Below are positions 1 through 11,861 of a DNA stretch of 64,000 bases, one piece after another. The notes below the pieces were generated by a model. It worked only from the letters and a program-made list of their open reading frames with translations, had not been told where the DNA came from and made no database searches. Each line of letters begins with the position of its first letter. Positions within the stretch are counted from its first letter, which is position 1. A program made the position numbers and the translations under genes. The DNA comes from Podarcis melisellensis (Eukaryota): NCBI GenBank assembly GCA_964234715.1, contig OZ174289.1; one strand, 5' to 3'.

Positions 1-629
1 TGCTTTTTTGACTGTACAGTAGTAGCAATAGAACGAAGCAGGAACCATTAGGAGTTGTATAGAAGGAAACAAAAGCAAAAAAAGAAGCCCAGGTTTGTCG
101 TTTTCTTATGAGTTGCACAGTGTGCCTTGCTTTTCGATTGAGGTCAGCCGTGTGCATAGTTCTATAATCCTCTGGGGCAAAATGCTCCTGTGGGCTTTGA
201 AAGAAGAGTTGCTATCTGGCCCAGCCGTATAAGGATTCCATCAGTTTTATTTTTGTGCCACACATTGCTGATGCTGTATTATATAACTTAGTTTTAATGA
301 TGCAGTAAAACTCTGGAACAGGAAATGAATGGGCAGGAAAGTGATAGCTATTTAATACAGTTCTAAAGGTTGTAGGCTGGGTGATAATGCTGAATTTAAT
401 TACATTCACTCTGTCATAAACTATGATTGTTAGTCATAATATTATTGTACTCTGGTGTGTTTTAATCAGAACATTATTATTTTTTAAGTGCAGTGGACTG
501 GATTTGCACTAAAGGCATAAGATTGTAAGAAGAGCTTTACTGGATCAGGCCAAAGACCTTATTACTCCAGCATCCAGTTTTTTCAGTGGCCAATCAGATG
601 CCTACAGGAAGCCCACAAGCTGTATCATA

Positions 630-1490
630 TCTTTTCTTTTAAAATTTTGTTATGATTTTCAGTTATATACATTTCAATAGTTTTACAATCATTTAAAAAA
701 TTCAAACTTGACTTCCTTCCACCTCTTTCTGCAGTTCCTTTAATTTTTTTATGTTTCCTGCATATTCCAGATTAACTTAACCTATTCATTTATTCATTTT
801 GTTTTAATATATACTCTTATAAAACTGCAGGTTATGACAATAATCCTGCAAAGTTCTTATCTGTTTATTGTTTGTTTGTAAATATTCAATAAACCATTTC
901 CATTCTTTTATAAAAATTGTTATATTGATTTCTTATTTTTCCAGTAAGTTTTGCCATTTCTGCATATTCCATAATTTTTTGGATCCATTCTTCTTTCGTC
1001 AGGACTTCTTCTTTCCATTTTTGGGCAAATAAAATGCTTGCCATTGCAGTCGCATATATGAATAAATTTATATACAGTTTGGGTAGTTCTCTGGCCCAAT
1101 AATTACCAAAAGGAAAGCTTCTGGTGTGTTTGTTTTTGTACAAATATTATTTTAAACATCTTTTTCAATTCATTATATATCATTTCCCAGTAAGCTTTAA
1201 CCTTGCTACAAAACCACTACATATCATTAAAAGTACCTTCTTTCTCTTTGCATTTCCAACACTTGTTTGATTTTGATTTACACATTTTTGCCAATTTACT
1301 TTGTGTTAGATACCATCGATATAACATTTTCATATAGTTTTCTCTTAAACCATAGCATGCTGTGAATTTTATATTCATATTCTACAATCATTCTCATGCT
1401 TCCATATCTATATTTTAAACAATATCTATTGACCAATGTATTGCTGAGGATGTTACTTGCTCATCCTTGTCTCCCATTCCAATAATACCC
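630..1490 (-). mobile_element. Degenerate L1-clade LINE, ORF2 C-terminus and 3' UTR
   Basis: Minus-strand translation gives ENYMKMLYRWYLT...NKCWKCKEKEGTF..M*WFCSKVKAYWEMIYNELKKMF (L1 Cys-rich C-terminal motif), then FIYATAMASILFAQKWK...EEWIQKIMEYAEMAKLT (ORF 886-1143). Contains stops and frameshifts. Confidence 0.8.
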
Positions 1491-1599
1491 CAAGCTGTAT
1501 CATTGGATAGGTGTGAAATGGAGTGGGAAAAGGAAGGGATTACTTAGATCTAATGGAGTCAGAAGCAGGGATGGTAGAGAAACTCACACCACTTTGTGT

Positions 1600-2831
1600 G
1601 AGAACTCCCAGAAGTGCAAGCTGGATTTTGAAGGGGCAGAGGAACCAGAGACCAAATTGCAAACATGCGCTGGATTATGGAGAAAGCTAGAGAGTTCCAG
1701 AAAGACATCTACTTCTGCTTCATTGACTATGCAAAAGCCTTTGACTGTGTCGACCACAGCAAACTATGGCAAGTTCTCAAAGAAATGGGAGTTCCCGATC
1801 ACCTCATCTGTCTCATGAGAAATCTCTATGCGGGACAAGAAGCTACAGTTAGAACTGGATAGGGAACAACTGATTGGTTCAAAATTGGGAAAGGAGTATG
1901 ACAAGGCTGTATTTTGTCTCCCTGCTTATTTAACTTATATGCAGAATTCATCATGCGAAAGGCTGGGCTGCATGAATCCCAAGCCGGAATTAAGATCGCC
2001 GGAAGAAATATCAGCAACCTCAGATATGGAGATGACACAACCTTGATGGCAGAAAGTGAGGAGGAATTAAAGAACCTTTTAATGAGGGTGAAAGAGGAGA
2101 GTGCAAAATATGGTCTGAAGCTCAACATCAAAAAAACGAAGATCATGGCCACTGGGCCCATCACCTCCTGGCAAATAGAAGGGGAAGAAATGGAGGCAGT
2201 GAGAGATTTTACTTTCTTGGGCTCCATGATCACTGCAGATGGTGACAGCAGTCACAAAATTAAAAGACGCCTGCTCCTTGGGAGAAAGGCGATGGCAAAC
2301 CTAGATAGCATCTTAAAAAGCAGAGACATCACCTTGCCAACAAAGGTCCGTATAGTTAAAGCCATGGTTTTCCCAGTAGTGATGTATGGAAGTGAGAGCT
2401 GGACCATAAAGAAGGCTGATTGCCGAAGAATTGATGCTTTTGAATTATGGTGCTGTTCAGAGTCTTATGGACTGAATTATGGTGCTCTTGAGAGTCTTAT
2501 GGACTGCAAGAAGCTCAAACCTATCCATTCTTAAGGTAATCAGCCCTGAGTGCTCACTGGAAGGACAGATCGTGAAGCTGAGGCTCCTATACTTTGGCCA
2601 CCTCATGAGAAGAGAAAACTCCCTGGAAAAGACCCTGATGTTGGCAAAGATGGAGGGCACAAGAAGAAGGGGATGACAGAGGATGAGATAGTTAGACAGT
2701 GTTCTCGAAGCTACAAACATGAGTCTGACCAAACTGTGGGAGGCAGTGGAAGACAGGAGTGCCTGGCGTGCTCTGGTCCATGGGGTCACGAAGAGTCAGA
2801 CACGACTAAACGACTAAACAACAACAACAAC
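1600..2831 (+). mobile_element. Bov-B (RTE-clade) LINE, 5'-truncated, with disrupted RT
   Basis: ORFs 1665-1862, 1914-2534 and 2479-2676 encode Bov-B RT motifs (FCFIDYAKAFDCVDH, SPCLFNLYAE, NLRYGDDTTLMAESEEELK, YFGHLMRR..SLEKTLML). Ends in CACGACTAAACGACTAAA(CAA)n. Contains in-frame stops. Confidence 0.95.
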
Positions 2832-2834
2832 CTA

Positions 2835-3148
2835 ATTTATGCTTTCTAAAACATCTATAAAATGCATGTATTAATGACAATAACATACAAAAATGCATTT
2901 TGTTTAGGGGAAAGTGCACCAGATTTTTATATTTTTAATATTTTTAATTTTTTTTTTGCATATTAGGAAGAATTGTATGCAAATAGGTATATGAGGAGAA
3001 AAATTCACACTAAAATGCTGATAAATTTCCAGAAGGATTCTAAAGAAAGAAATTAGTAAACTGATACGGAAATGTGAAGAACAGAACTGAAGTCTGTAAA
3101 AATGAGAAAATTGAGAGAAATCATAGCTGACAGATTTGCCCATCCCTA
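2835..3148. mobile_element. Probable non-autonomous hAT-like DNA element remnant
   Basis: AT-rich segment ending in TTTGCCCATCCCTA, the complement of a TAGGGATGGG-type TIR. The other end was not found. Confidence 0.4.
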
Positions 3149-4363
3149 GTCACAATGAAGATGAGAGGCTTTAATAATTTGGGGTGTGGATGAATTGTTG
3201 CATGCTGTATTTACACACACACACACACTCCACAAAGTGAGCCTTGAATTAAGGTTGTAGCAATATCTGGTGCTTTATTTATTTTTAATTCCAAATGGCA
3301 AACAAGCAAATGTTTCCAAAGTTATTGCAGATCTGTGAAAATGAAAGAAACAGCTGTGACATCAGCCTTGGGAGCTTAAAACCTGAGATGTCTCGGTGTC
3401 AGTTGAGGATTGACTTATTGAAAATGTATATTGGTTTAGTAGCTTTCCAACTTCAAGGACAATCAAAAAGTCAGGTGAGGTGGGGGGAGAGTTAGGTTTC
3501 CTTTCTGGAACTAAAGTATGTGCGTGTACCTGTGATGGAAAGATACCTAGAGCTTATTGTTGAAGTTGGAAAGATACACGAGTGCTCTTGATTTTCTTTT
3601 AAGCTCCCTAGAACTGCTTATGACTATGATTTATTTATTCACTGTGTTTTTTATCCTCCTATTCAGCAGCTATGTGGTGCAGAAAATTTTCCAGTGATTT
3701 ATTTTTCCACAGGAAAACTGTTTCATAAATTCATTAGTAACAATGAATGGATGGCAAATTTGGCAGTTTCAAAGTTTTTAGCTGTGCTTAATAAACACAA
3801 GTAAAGTAAGCTTGATGAGGTTGATCACTCTCTGGGGTATCAGGAAATTTTCTGATGCAAACTGATTTCTTTCTTTTTTTCCTGCTGCAAATTGCCCTAT
3901 ACAAATTGTCCTAATTTGCATAGGAGTTCCACCTGCCCTGAAACCCACATCACTGCTTTTCAGGCGATTTGAGAATTGTAATGAATGATTTATTCACATG
4001 GAACAGTGAGAATTTTATGGGTGAGTTGAGCTGCATCTACTAAAGCTGGCCATGAGCATCCTTAAGAGGTTGAATTTACGGAAGTGATTTTTCCATGTTG
4101 TTAGTAGCCCATTTTCATGCATTTACTCATCCTTGAAGAGGAAGTCTGGGGGTGGGTGGCAATATTCATATACAGCATTCCAAATTGGAACTGGAGAAGC
4201 TAGTGACTGTTTCAAGATATGTGTAGCTGTTGTTTTGTTTGGCTTTGTCTCTTTGGAGCAGAAGCTATCAGGTGCTACACTACAAGGTCATCACAGAATC
4301 ATAAAGTTGGAAGGAACCACCAAGATCATCTAATCCAATCCCCTGCAATGCAGGAACATTTTG

Positions 4364-4438
4364 CAGACCTTCCAAGTGTCCCTATTTTCCAGAAGGTCAC
4401 GCTTCCCTTTTTTAATCCGAGAAATGTTGGAGGGTATG
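4364..4438. mobile_element. Short MITE, CAGACCTTCCAA...TTGGAGGGTATG family
   Basis: Imperfect TIRs; both termini match the longer copy at 11244-11910. Confidence 0.7.
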
Positions 4439-4449
4439 CTTTTGTCCAA

Positions 4450-4812
4450 GAGACGCGGGTGGCGCTGTGGGTTAAATCACTGAGCCTAGGACTTGCCGAT
4501 CAGAAGGTTGGCGGTTCGAATCCCCGCGACGGGGTGAGCTCCCGTTGCTCAGTCCCTGCTCCTGCCAACCTAGCAGTTCAAAAGCACGTCAACATGCAAG
4601 TAGATAAATAGGTACCACTCCGGTGGGGAGGTAAATGGCGTTTCCGTGCACTGCTCTGGTTCGCCAGAAGCGGCTTAGTCATGCTGGCCACATGACCCGG
4701 AAGCTGTACACCGCCTCCCTCGGCCAATAAAGCGAGATGAGCACTGCAACCCCAGCGTTGGCCACAACTGGACCTAATGGTCAGGGGTCCCTTTACCTTT
4801 ACCTCCTTTACC
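4450..4812 (+). mobile_element. Sauria SINE (subfamily A), full length
   Basis: tRNA-like head with box A (TGGCGCTGTGG) and box B (GGTTCGAATCC), core TGCAAGTAGATAAATAGGTACC, (ACCTTT)n tail. 15-bp TSD TATGC/TTTTTGTCCAA at 4435-4449 and 4813-4827. Confidence 0.95.
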
Positions 4813-5416
4813 TATGTTTTTGTCCAACATGTGCCTTGAACCCACAGCCTTGAAATTAAGAGTCTCAGGCTCTACCAACTGAGTTATATGCATGAGATGT
4901 TGAGGTTACAACTGAAAAACTAGCATGATCCTAGAAACAGCCCCTCAGAGGCCACTGAGGCCGTAGGAAGTCTGTGGAGGCAGAGCAAATGGCAGGTAGA
5001 GCCAACTATTTTTAGCTTTGTCCCCATCCTTATACCTGTTGACTTCAGCAGTTGGCAACACTGAAACTAAGGAGGAAGAAACTGACTAGCTGTGCCACCC
5101 ACTGGCAGACTATAAAAAAAGATGGCAAGTAACTGGGGGCTGACTGAGGACAGACTGAAAATGGTGAGTCAGGGCCCCCCTTGCCCTAATGGACCATCCT
5201 CTTCTACAAGGACCAAGCTGACTAAGGTGTTCCACCTTCCTCAAATTCATAGGATCAAACAATGCAATAACATTTCTCTGCATGTTACTCTAGTGATATG
5301 CCACCTTACTTCGGGTTTGTTTCTTTGGCCAATTTCAAGTGCTGGTTTTGAACTTTAAATGCTCCAAATTGTCTGTGACCAGGACACCTTAAGGACCAGT
5401 AACTATCTACCTATAT

Positions 5417-5778
5417 ACCTGGATAGGAAACCTCCGGGCCCTGAGCCTAATTAGGTGAGCCAGCCCTCCCCATTCAGTCTGACAGGCCATTTTGGCCAAG
5501 CCATGCCCACCTATCAATCACCTGTTGATACGATATCACATGTGGGCTGTACCAAAAGAAACTTCAAAGAACAGCACAGGGTTCTTTAAAGCCCCTTTCA
5601 AAGAGCCCTGAATTGCACGATGAAGCCCAGGCAATCAGAGGTGTATTCGGACTTCCTAGTGCTGTGTCAACAGGTGACTGACAGGTCGGTAGCCCTACTC
5701 ACCTGATGAACTTGGCCCACAGTGGGTAGGAAAGATACGAATATGGCTCACTGGTCAAGACCCAGTAGCCCACCCTTG
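5417..5778. mobile_element. Old hAT-like MITE remnant
   Basis: Decayed termini (..GGAAACCTCCGGGCCC / ..AGTAGCCCACCCTTG). The internal GCCCACCTATCAATCACCTG motif recurs near 42520. Confidence 0.35.
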
Positions 5779-5860
5779 TTATATATGAACTTGCTTGGTC
5801 ATAATGTGACGAGTCTTGGCTGGCTGTGTAGATAGGGCCTTTTAAGTGCTGCCACATAGA

Positions 5861-6100
5861 AGTTCGAAAGCACCTCCGGGTGCAAGTAGATAAATAGGGA
5901 CCGCTTACCAGCAGGAAGGTAAACGGTGTTTCCGTGTGCGGCTCTGGCTCGCCAGAGCAGCGATGTCACGCTGGCCACGTGACCCGGAAGTGTCTCCGGA
6001 CAGCGCTGGCCCCTGGCCTCTTGAGTGAGATGGGCGCACAACCCCAGAGTCTGTCAAGACTGGCCCGTACGGGCAGGGGTACCTTTACCTTTACCTTTAC
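5861..6100 (+). mobile_element. Sauria SINE (subfamily B), 5'-truncated
   Basis: Core and tail nearly identical to the copy at 43491-43870. (ACCTTT)n tail; flanking ACATAGAA duplication. Confidence 0.93.
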
Positions 6101-9100
6101 ATAGAATGGAACTGTTTCAGGGGGAAATTGGGGTAATAGATAATTTTGTGACCCTAAAGCCCAACCTGGTGATGTTCAGCTTGTTGGCTGTCACTTGTTT
6201 TGCTTTTATGAAGTTGCTGTTTCAACATGTTTATCATGTTGCTTTGTTTTATGATTGCTGAGCTGCCTTAGGAACCTAACGGGTGGCTTGCCATTACTAA
6301 TATTTTAGATGCAGATTTCTATTAAATGTAAGCTGGCTCTCATTGACCTGACACATGAAACAGTGGGAATTTGTTTGGTCTTTTAACTTGATCTACTTCC
6401 CCCTATATTTTGCTTTCATTAAAATCTGGTATGGACTACTGTGATCCAGATAAAAGGATTGTGTTTCTTTTTTCCTGGTTTCTCTCTGTGTGTGTCTGCT
6501 GGGTCTATGCAAAGCCTAATTATCAGTTGCCATAATTTCCAGATTCGCTCAGAAGGAAAGCCTCTGCTTTGCGTCCCTTTATTTGTGTAGCTGGCTGCTG
6601 CTGTACCCAGAAATAAGGCAATAAATGCTTTTAGCTTCCATTGCTGCCAAGCAATATTCCGTTTGGAAATAATCCATTACTTAGCAAATACACTGCAAAT
6701 ATGAGGATGGCAAAGGTACAGCCATGAGATGAGACTACAATATTGGGGCTTTTGGATGTGGAGCTCTCTGGCCTTTGGATTCTATCTTTCATTTTTTAGG
6801 TACAAATGTGAATTTGATATAACTCTTTGTTGAAAGGATTCAGTTCCTTCCCCTGACAGTAATCCACCGCTTCGCTCTTTGTTCAAGGCTATAATTTATC
6901 TGCTTAACAGCAGCAACCATCTGTTAGAAAAAAAGGACTGAAACCAAAGCTTAGGTAGGGACAGAAAAAGAAAACAAAACCTGTATAGCAGCAAAGCAGG
7001 ATTTGTAAAAAGAATGGTAGCAGAAGATTGTACGAAAGGTCCGTTTGAGAGCAAATGATTTTATTTTGGGGAGGCGACTCACAAGCTCAGTATGAATGCT
7101 ATAAGTTAGGGGTGAGGAACCTCAGAACCTCAGCACCAGTTTGGTATATATATTGCAGTGGCATGCAGAAATAAATAGTGTGATAAAACTACTGGTTGAA
7201 AGAATAAAGAACGCTGATGGTATAATACTCCTGACAGACAAAGCCATTTACATGTGGTCAATATGGAGCAGTTAATACTAGCACAGACAAACAAAGGTTA
7301 TGGGTAACTGAACTTGGAGAAGCCAGAAGGAAGTAAAGCTTGATAAAACAATCTACCAACAGGTATTTAATGAAGAATCAGCAAAAGAGGAATAGGCTGC
7401 TTCTCCCCACCACTCCCCAGTTCAGGTAACGTATTGCAAGGGCTGTTGCTTTATTCCCAGTGCTAAGCATGTTTACCTGGGTAGAAGAACGTGTCCCTGA
7501 ATTGTGATATTGCCTCTTGCTTCTTTTGATGAAGAGGCTGTGTGTGCATTCACAGAACCTTCTGACTTTTGTGTGGCTGAATTGAAACCTACTGTACAAA
7601 GGTCAGGGTTGCACCCATTGCTCCACCCTTTTGGCCACTGTCCCTGCCCACCACTAGAATTCAGCCTCCAGAATCTTGCTCATGAAGGAATGTGTCAATT
7701 GTGGGATTAAGGATCCCTATCCCTGTTATAGGTAAACTGAGCATCTCAGGAATACCTGGAGCAGATCCACACCATATGTTTAAAAGCACATTCAATGTGC
7801 CTTTAAAGCACATTAGTTCCCCCAAAGAATACCAAGCACTGTTGTTTCTCCCTCACATAGATACAGTTCTCAGGCTACATTTCTAAGGTTCTTTGGTGGA
7901 CGTCATGTGCTTTGAATGTGCATTGGATGTGCTTTTAAATGTATGATGCAGCTCAGCCCAAGGAAGAAAGTAGAAGGACAACACATATTGGAGGCCTCTG
8001 AATGACAGTTGCAAGAAATCACAAGTGGGGAGAGTGCTGTAATGCTCAGGTTTTGCTCTTGAGCTTCCTGTAGGCTTCCCCTGTTGACCATAACCTTGTG
8101 CGGAAATCTGTTGACAGTTATTTTTGTCTGGAGTTAAGTGCTCAGTGTAGAATTTGCAAAACATTTGGCATTCATAAAGGCATAGCACGGCACGGTGCCA
8201 TAGATGCCATTTATGACTCCTCAGACCTGCTAGGGACCTGTGGGTGCAATCCAACCAATACTTGGCATGACATTTAGCCTGCATAATAGACTTCATTCAA
8301 AAGACACATTATACTAAACCAAAATTTAATATGCACTGCTGTATGCTGGACAAGCACTGCCACTCCCCGCCCCCTCCCTTAATGGAGGCTCTGTGTCTGC
8401 CTGTCAGGCAGACAATCAGTAGATTAAGCTAGTGCCCTTCAGTGCACCACAGTATAGAATTGCAAAATTCAGCCCTGCAAGTGGGAACTGAAGCATTCAG
8501 TCCATGATTAAAATATCAGATGTGACAATGAAGGTGGGTAAAATAACTACTCTGAAGGCAGAGAAAATAAATGAACCTCCCTGGGATCTATGGATTAGGG
8601 CGCTATACAAATTTTTTAAAAAACAAAAACAATAATAAAATGTATTTCACTTTTCAAGCTTTAGAAGGGGCTAGAAAAATTCAGTTAGGTTTTCCAATAA
8701 GTTGCTATATGAAACCTCTAGATTCAACAGCAGTATTGAATGCAAGATGCTGTGGAGCAACAGGAGAGGTCTGTTGGCTTCCCAGAGATACCAGGTTGTT
8801 TACTATGGAAAACAGAATGGCAGGTCAGATAGATCTTTGAACTGATTTAGCGGGGCTCTTCATCTTCTTGGGCATGCTATGCTTGCTAAGTAGATACAAA
8901 TTAAAGATGAGCCAACATTTCTCAGAAGATATTTCACTGACAAAGTTTCAGGTTTTCTTTTTTCTCAACACCACCCAACCCAGAAAAAGAAGGCAATTTT
9001 CCAGAATATTTCAGAATAAAGAATTTTGAGCCACAGATTACATTACCAGCATTTGCCATCCAGGTGCCCTCCAGAAGCTGTTACAATGCAACTCCAACAT

Positions 9101-10131
9101 CTGTTGTCCAACATCTGTAGGACACTAGGATAGTGAAGGCTGACACATATGTAATGGCGTTGTTCTGCAGAGAAGTTCCCAGTTTCTACTTTTGCAACTT
9201 TATTTAGTAGGATTTTGGGTAGCAAGACTGAAAAAGGTATTTCTGACAATTTGCAATTGTAATGCAGTAAACTCACAACTTACCCAGAAGTTGCGCATTT
9301 GGTTCAAAGGCAGATGGGATTGTTAATGTCATTTATCCGAGGATCTGGCCCCCTTTCCATCTCCCCCTTTAATTTTTATTTTTGTCATGTGCATAAAGCT
9401 GAATGTTCACAAGTTAAATGTGCATAAGTTATGGCCTTACTGTAATCACGTTTGGGAAATATGAGACCATGGTTTGCCTCTTTAAGATGGGTTGGGGAGG
9501 ATATGTGGCCCTACGTTGTGTTTCAAAGAGCCAAGCCCAGTTCTTTTGGCAGCTGACTGATTGCAGCCAATTAGCATATGTTGGTCCAGGAGCGCCTCTT
9601 GATTAATGCCAATTGTTTGAATTATAGAGGAATCAATGACAAATCATGCCGGAGATGGAGGCTTGTCTGTGGCAGGGACACACTCCTAGGTTGCACTTGC
9701 TCTGCCTTTCAAGTTGGCAGGCTTGAGAGGCACAGTGGGATTCACTGAGCATCCCTGACCACACTGGGTAACATTGCCAGGATTTTTGCCTCATGAATCC
9801 TGGCTTTTCCTTGCCTGAACCTGCTCACTGCCTGTGGAGGGCAGTGAGGAGTGACCACTACTGACTCGTGACGACGCTGGAAACCTGAGATGGCTTAGTC
9901 CTTAACCCACTCTATTTCGAGCATAATTTGCAAGACCCCAGCTAGTCCCAAGAGACTGCAAAGAAGACTGAATCAAGAAAGTCAAAGAGCCTCCTAAATA
10001 CATAAATAAAATCTCCAACATATTTTACAGGGACAAGAACCATTTTGTCACAGGTGTGTGTGTGTGTTAGTCACTATGAAAAACAACAACAGTGTCTGTT
10101 GGGCTTGTAATAATTGCTTTTATTAGGGTAT

Positions 10132-10526
10132 AAGTGAGAGCTGGACCATAAAGAAGGCTGATCGCCGAAGAATTGATGCTTTTGAATTATGGTGCTGGAG
10201 GAGACTCTTGAGAGTCCCATGGATTGCAAGAAGATCAAACCTAGCCATTCTGAAGGAAATCAGCCCTGAGTGCTCACTGGAAGGACAGATCCTGAAGCTG
10301 AGGCTCCAATACTTTGGCCACCTCATGAGAAGAGAAGACTCCCTGGAAAAGACCCTGATGCTGGGAAAGTTTGAGGGCACAAGGAGAAGGGGACGACAGA
10401 GGATGTGCTGGTTGGACAGTGTTCTCGAAGCTACCAGCGGGATGCAGTGGAAGACAGGAGTGCCTGGTGTGCTCTGGTCCATGGGGTCATGAAGAGTCTG
10501 ACACGACTAAACGACTAAACAACAAC
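10132..10526 (+). mobile_element. Bov-B LINE 3' fragment
   Basis: Matches the 3' part of the Bov-B at 1600-2831 (ORF 10208-10492: LQYFGHLMRREDSLEKTLMLGK). (CAA)n tail; 10-bp TSD AGGGTATAAG. Confidence 0.95.
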
Positions 10527-11341
10527 AGGGTATAAGGTTGTGTAGGTCAAATCCTACACACACACACACACACACAAACTACATATACCATCTCTATCTC
10601 TATCTCTGAATGATTTTATTGAGGTTAAAATAATTACAACAGATCTTATAACAAAGAAAACAACCACAGTTTTGTCTCCATGTGTTGTGGGGTTATTATT
10701 GTTTTGTTGTGCCAGCCTGAGATTGTTTTGTACTTAAATTATTTGGTTCATGAGATTAATTACTTTATGATCTGTAATTGGATGACCAGGAAGTTGAGCC
10801 GACGACTCTATATCTACATTGTGTCTGATTTTTCACTCATGCATAGGTCATTCCACTCCCCACCCCACAAAATTGGAAAGTCTACACCCCCAGAATAAGG
10901 AAATTCTTTTGTCTGCATATGCCCAGTGGGGGGGGGGGGGGATAGTACAGAGAACCTACTTAACGAGAGATGCTTTTGAAAGAGCTGTTAAGTAGAATTT
11001 AAGTACTTTAAAAGAAACAAACACTCAGCAATTCTGTTGTGAAGAAAAGCCAATCAATTGGAAAGTTACAGGAAAGGATTTAGCAGGCACCTGAGATTGA
11101 AAATCGGTAGAGGCAAGCTGCTTTATGATCTAGCTTGAAAGCACTTTAGAAGTGTAGAAAATTTGTTCCTTCCTTAACCACAGGGTACAAAGTTTTTGGG
11201 CTACTCTGAGAGGTTATTGTCTAAACTATTGATATGAATATATCAGACCTTCCAAATGTCCCTATTTTCCAGGGACAGACCTGGATTTACAGAAGCCATT
11301 CCAGTTTCTGGTTTGATCCCAGAATGTCCTGCTTTTCCTTA

Positions 11342-11861
11342 AAGGTAAAGGTATAGGGACCCCTGACCATTAGATCCAGTCGTGACCAACTCTGGGGTTG
11401 CGGCACTCATCTCGCTTTATTGGCTGAGAGAGCCAGCGTTTGTCCGCAGACAGCTTCCGGGTCATGTGGCCAGCATGACTAAGCCGCTTCTGGCCAGTGG
11501 CGTAGCGTGGGTTGTCAGCACCCGAGGCAAGGCATGTAATTTGCGCCCCCTAACCCGTGGATTTGCGCCCCCTAACCCTAATGCCCAGATGTTGCGCCCG
11601 GTGCGGCCGGCCCCCCTGCACCCCCCACGCTACACCACTGCTTCTGGCGAACCAGAGCAGCGCCTGGAAACGCCATTTACCTTCCCACCGGAGCGGTACC
11701 TATTTATCTACTTGCACTTTGATGTGCTTTCGAACTGCTAGGTTGGCAGGAGCAGGGACCGAGCAATGGGAGCTCACCCCATCACGGGGATTTGAACCGC
11801 CAGCCTTATGATCGGCAAGTCCTAGGCCCTGTGGTTTAACCCACAGCACCACCCGCGTCCC
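11342..11861 (-). mobile_element. Sauria SINE (subfamily A) interrupted by a hAT MITE
   Basis: Reverse-complement SINE head, core and tail; TSD TTTTCCTTA on both sides. Confidence 0.95.
11495..11640. mobile_element. 146-bp hAT-type MITE
   Basis: TIRs CAGTGGCGTAGCGTGGG / CCCACGCTACACCACTG; perfect 8-bp TSD CTTCTGGC at 11487-11494 and 11641-11648. Confidence 0.9.

Larger units (their letters stand above)
4291..4887 (-). mobile_element. tRNA-Lys-derived SINE with CR1-type 3' tail, interrupted by a MITE and a Sauria SINE
   Basis: Reverse complement of 4820-4887 resembles tRNA-Lys(CTT) (..CTCAGTTGGTAGAGCCTGAGACTCTTAATTTCAAGG..). 4291-4363 is a CR1-like tail (CCTGCATTGCAGGGG..GATGATC..TTCCAAC..ATGATTCTGTGA). 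A non-interrupted relative lies at 55664-55791. Confidence 0.75.
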
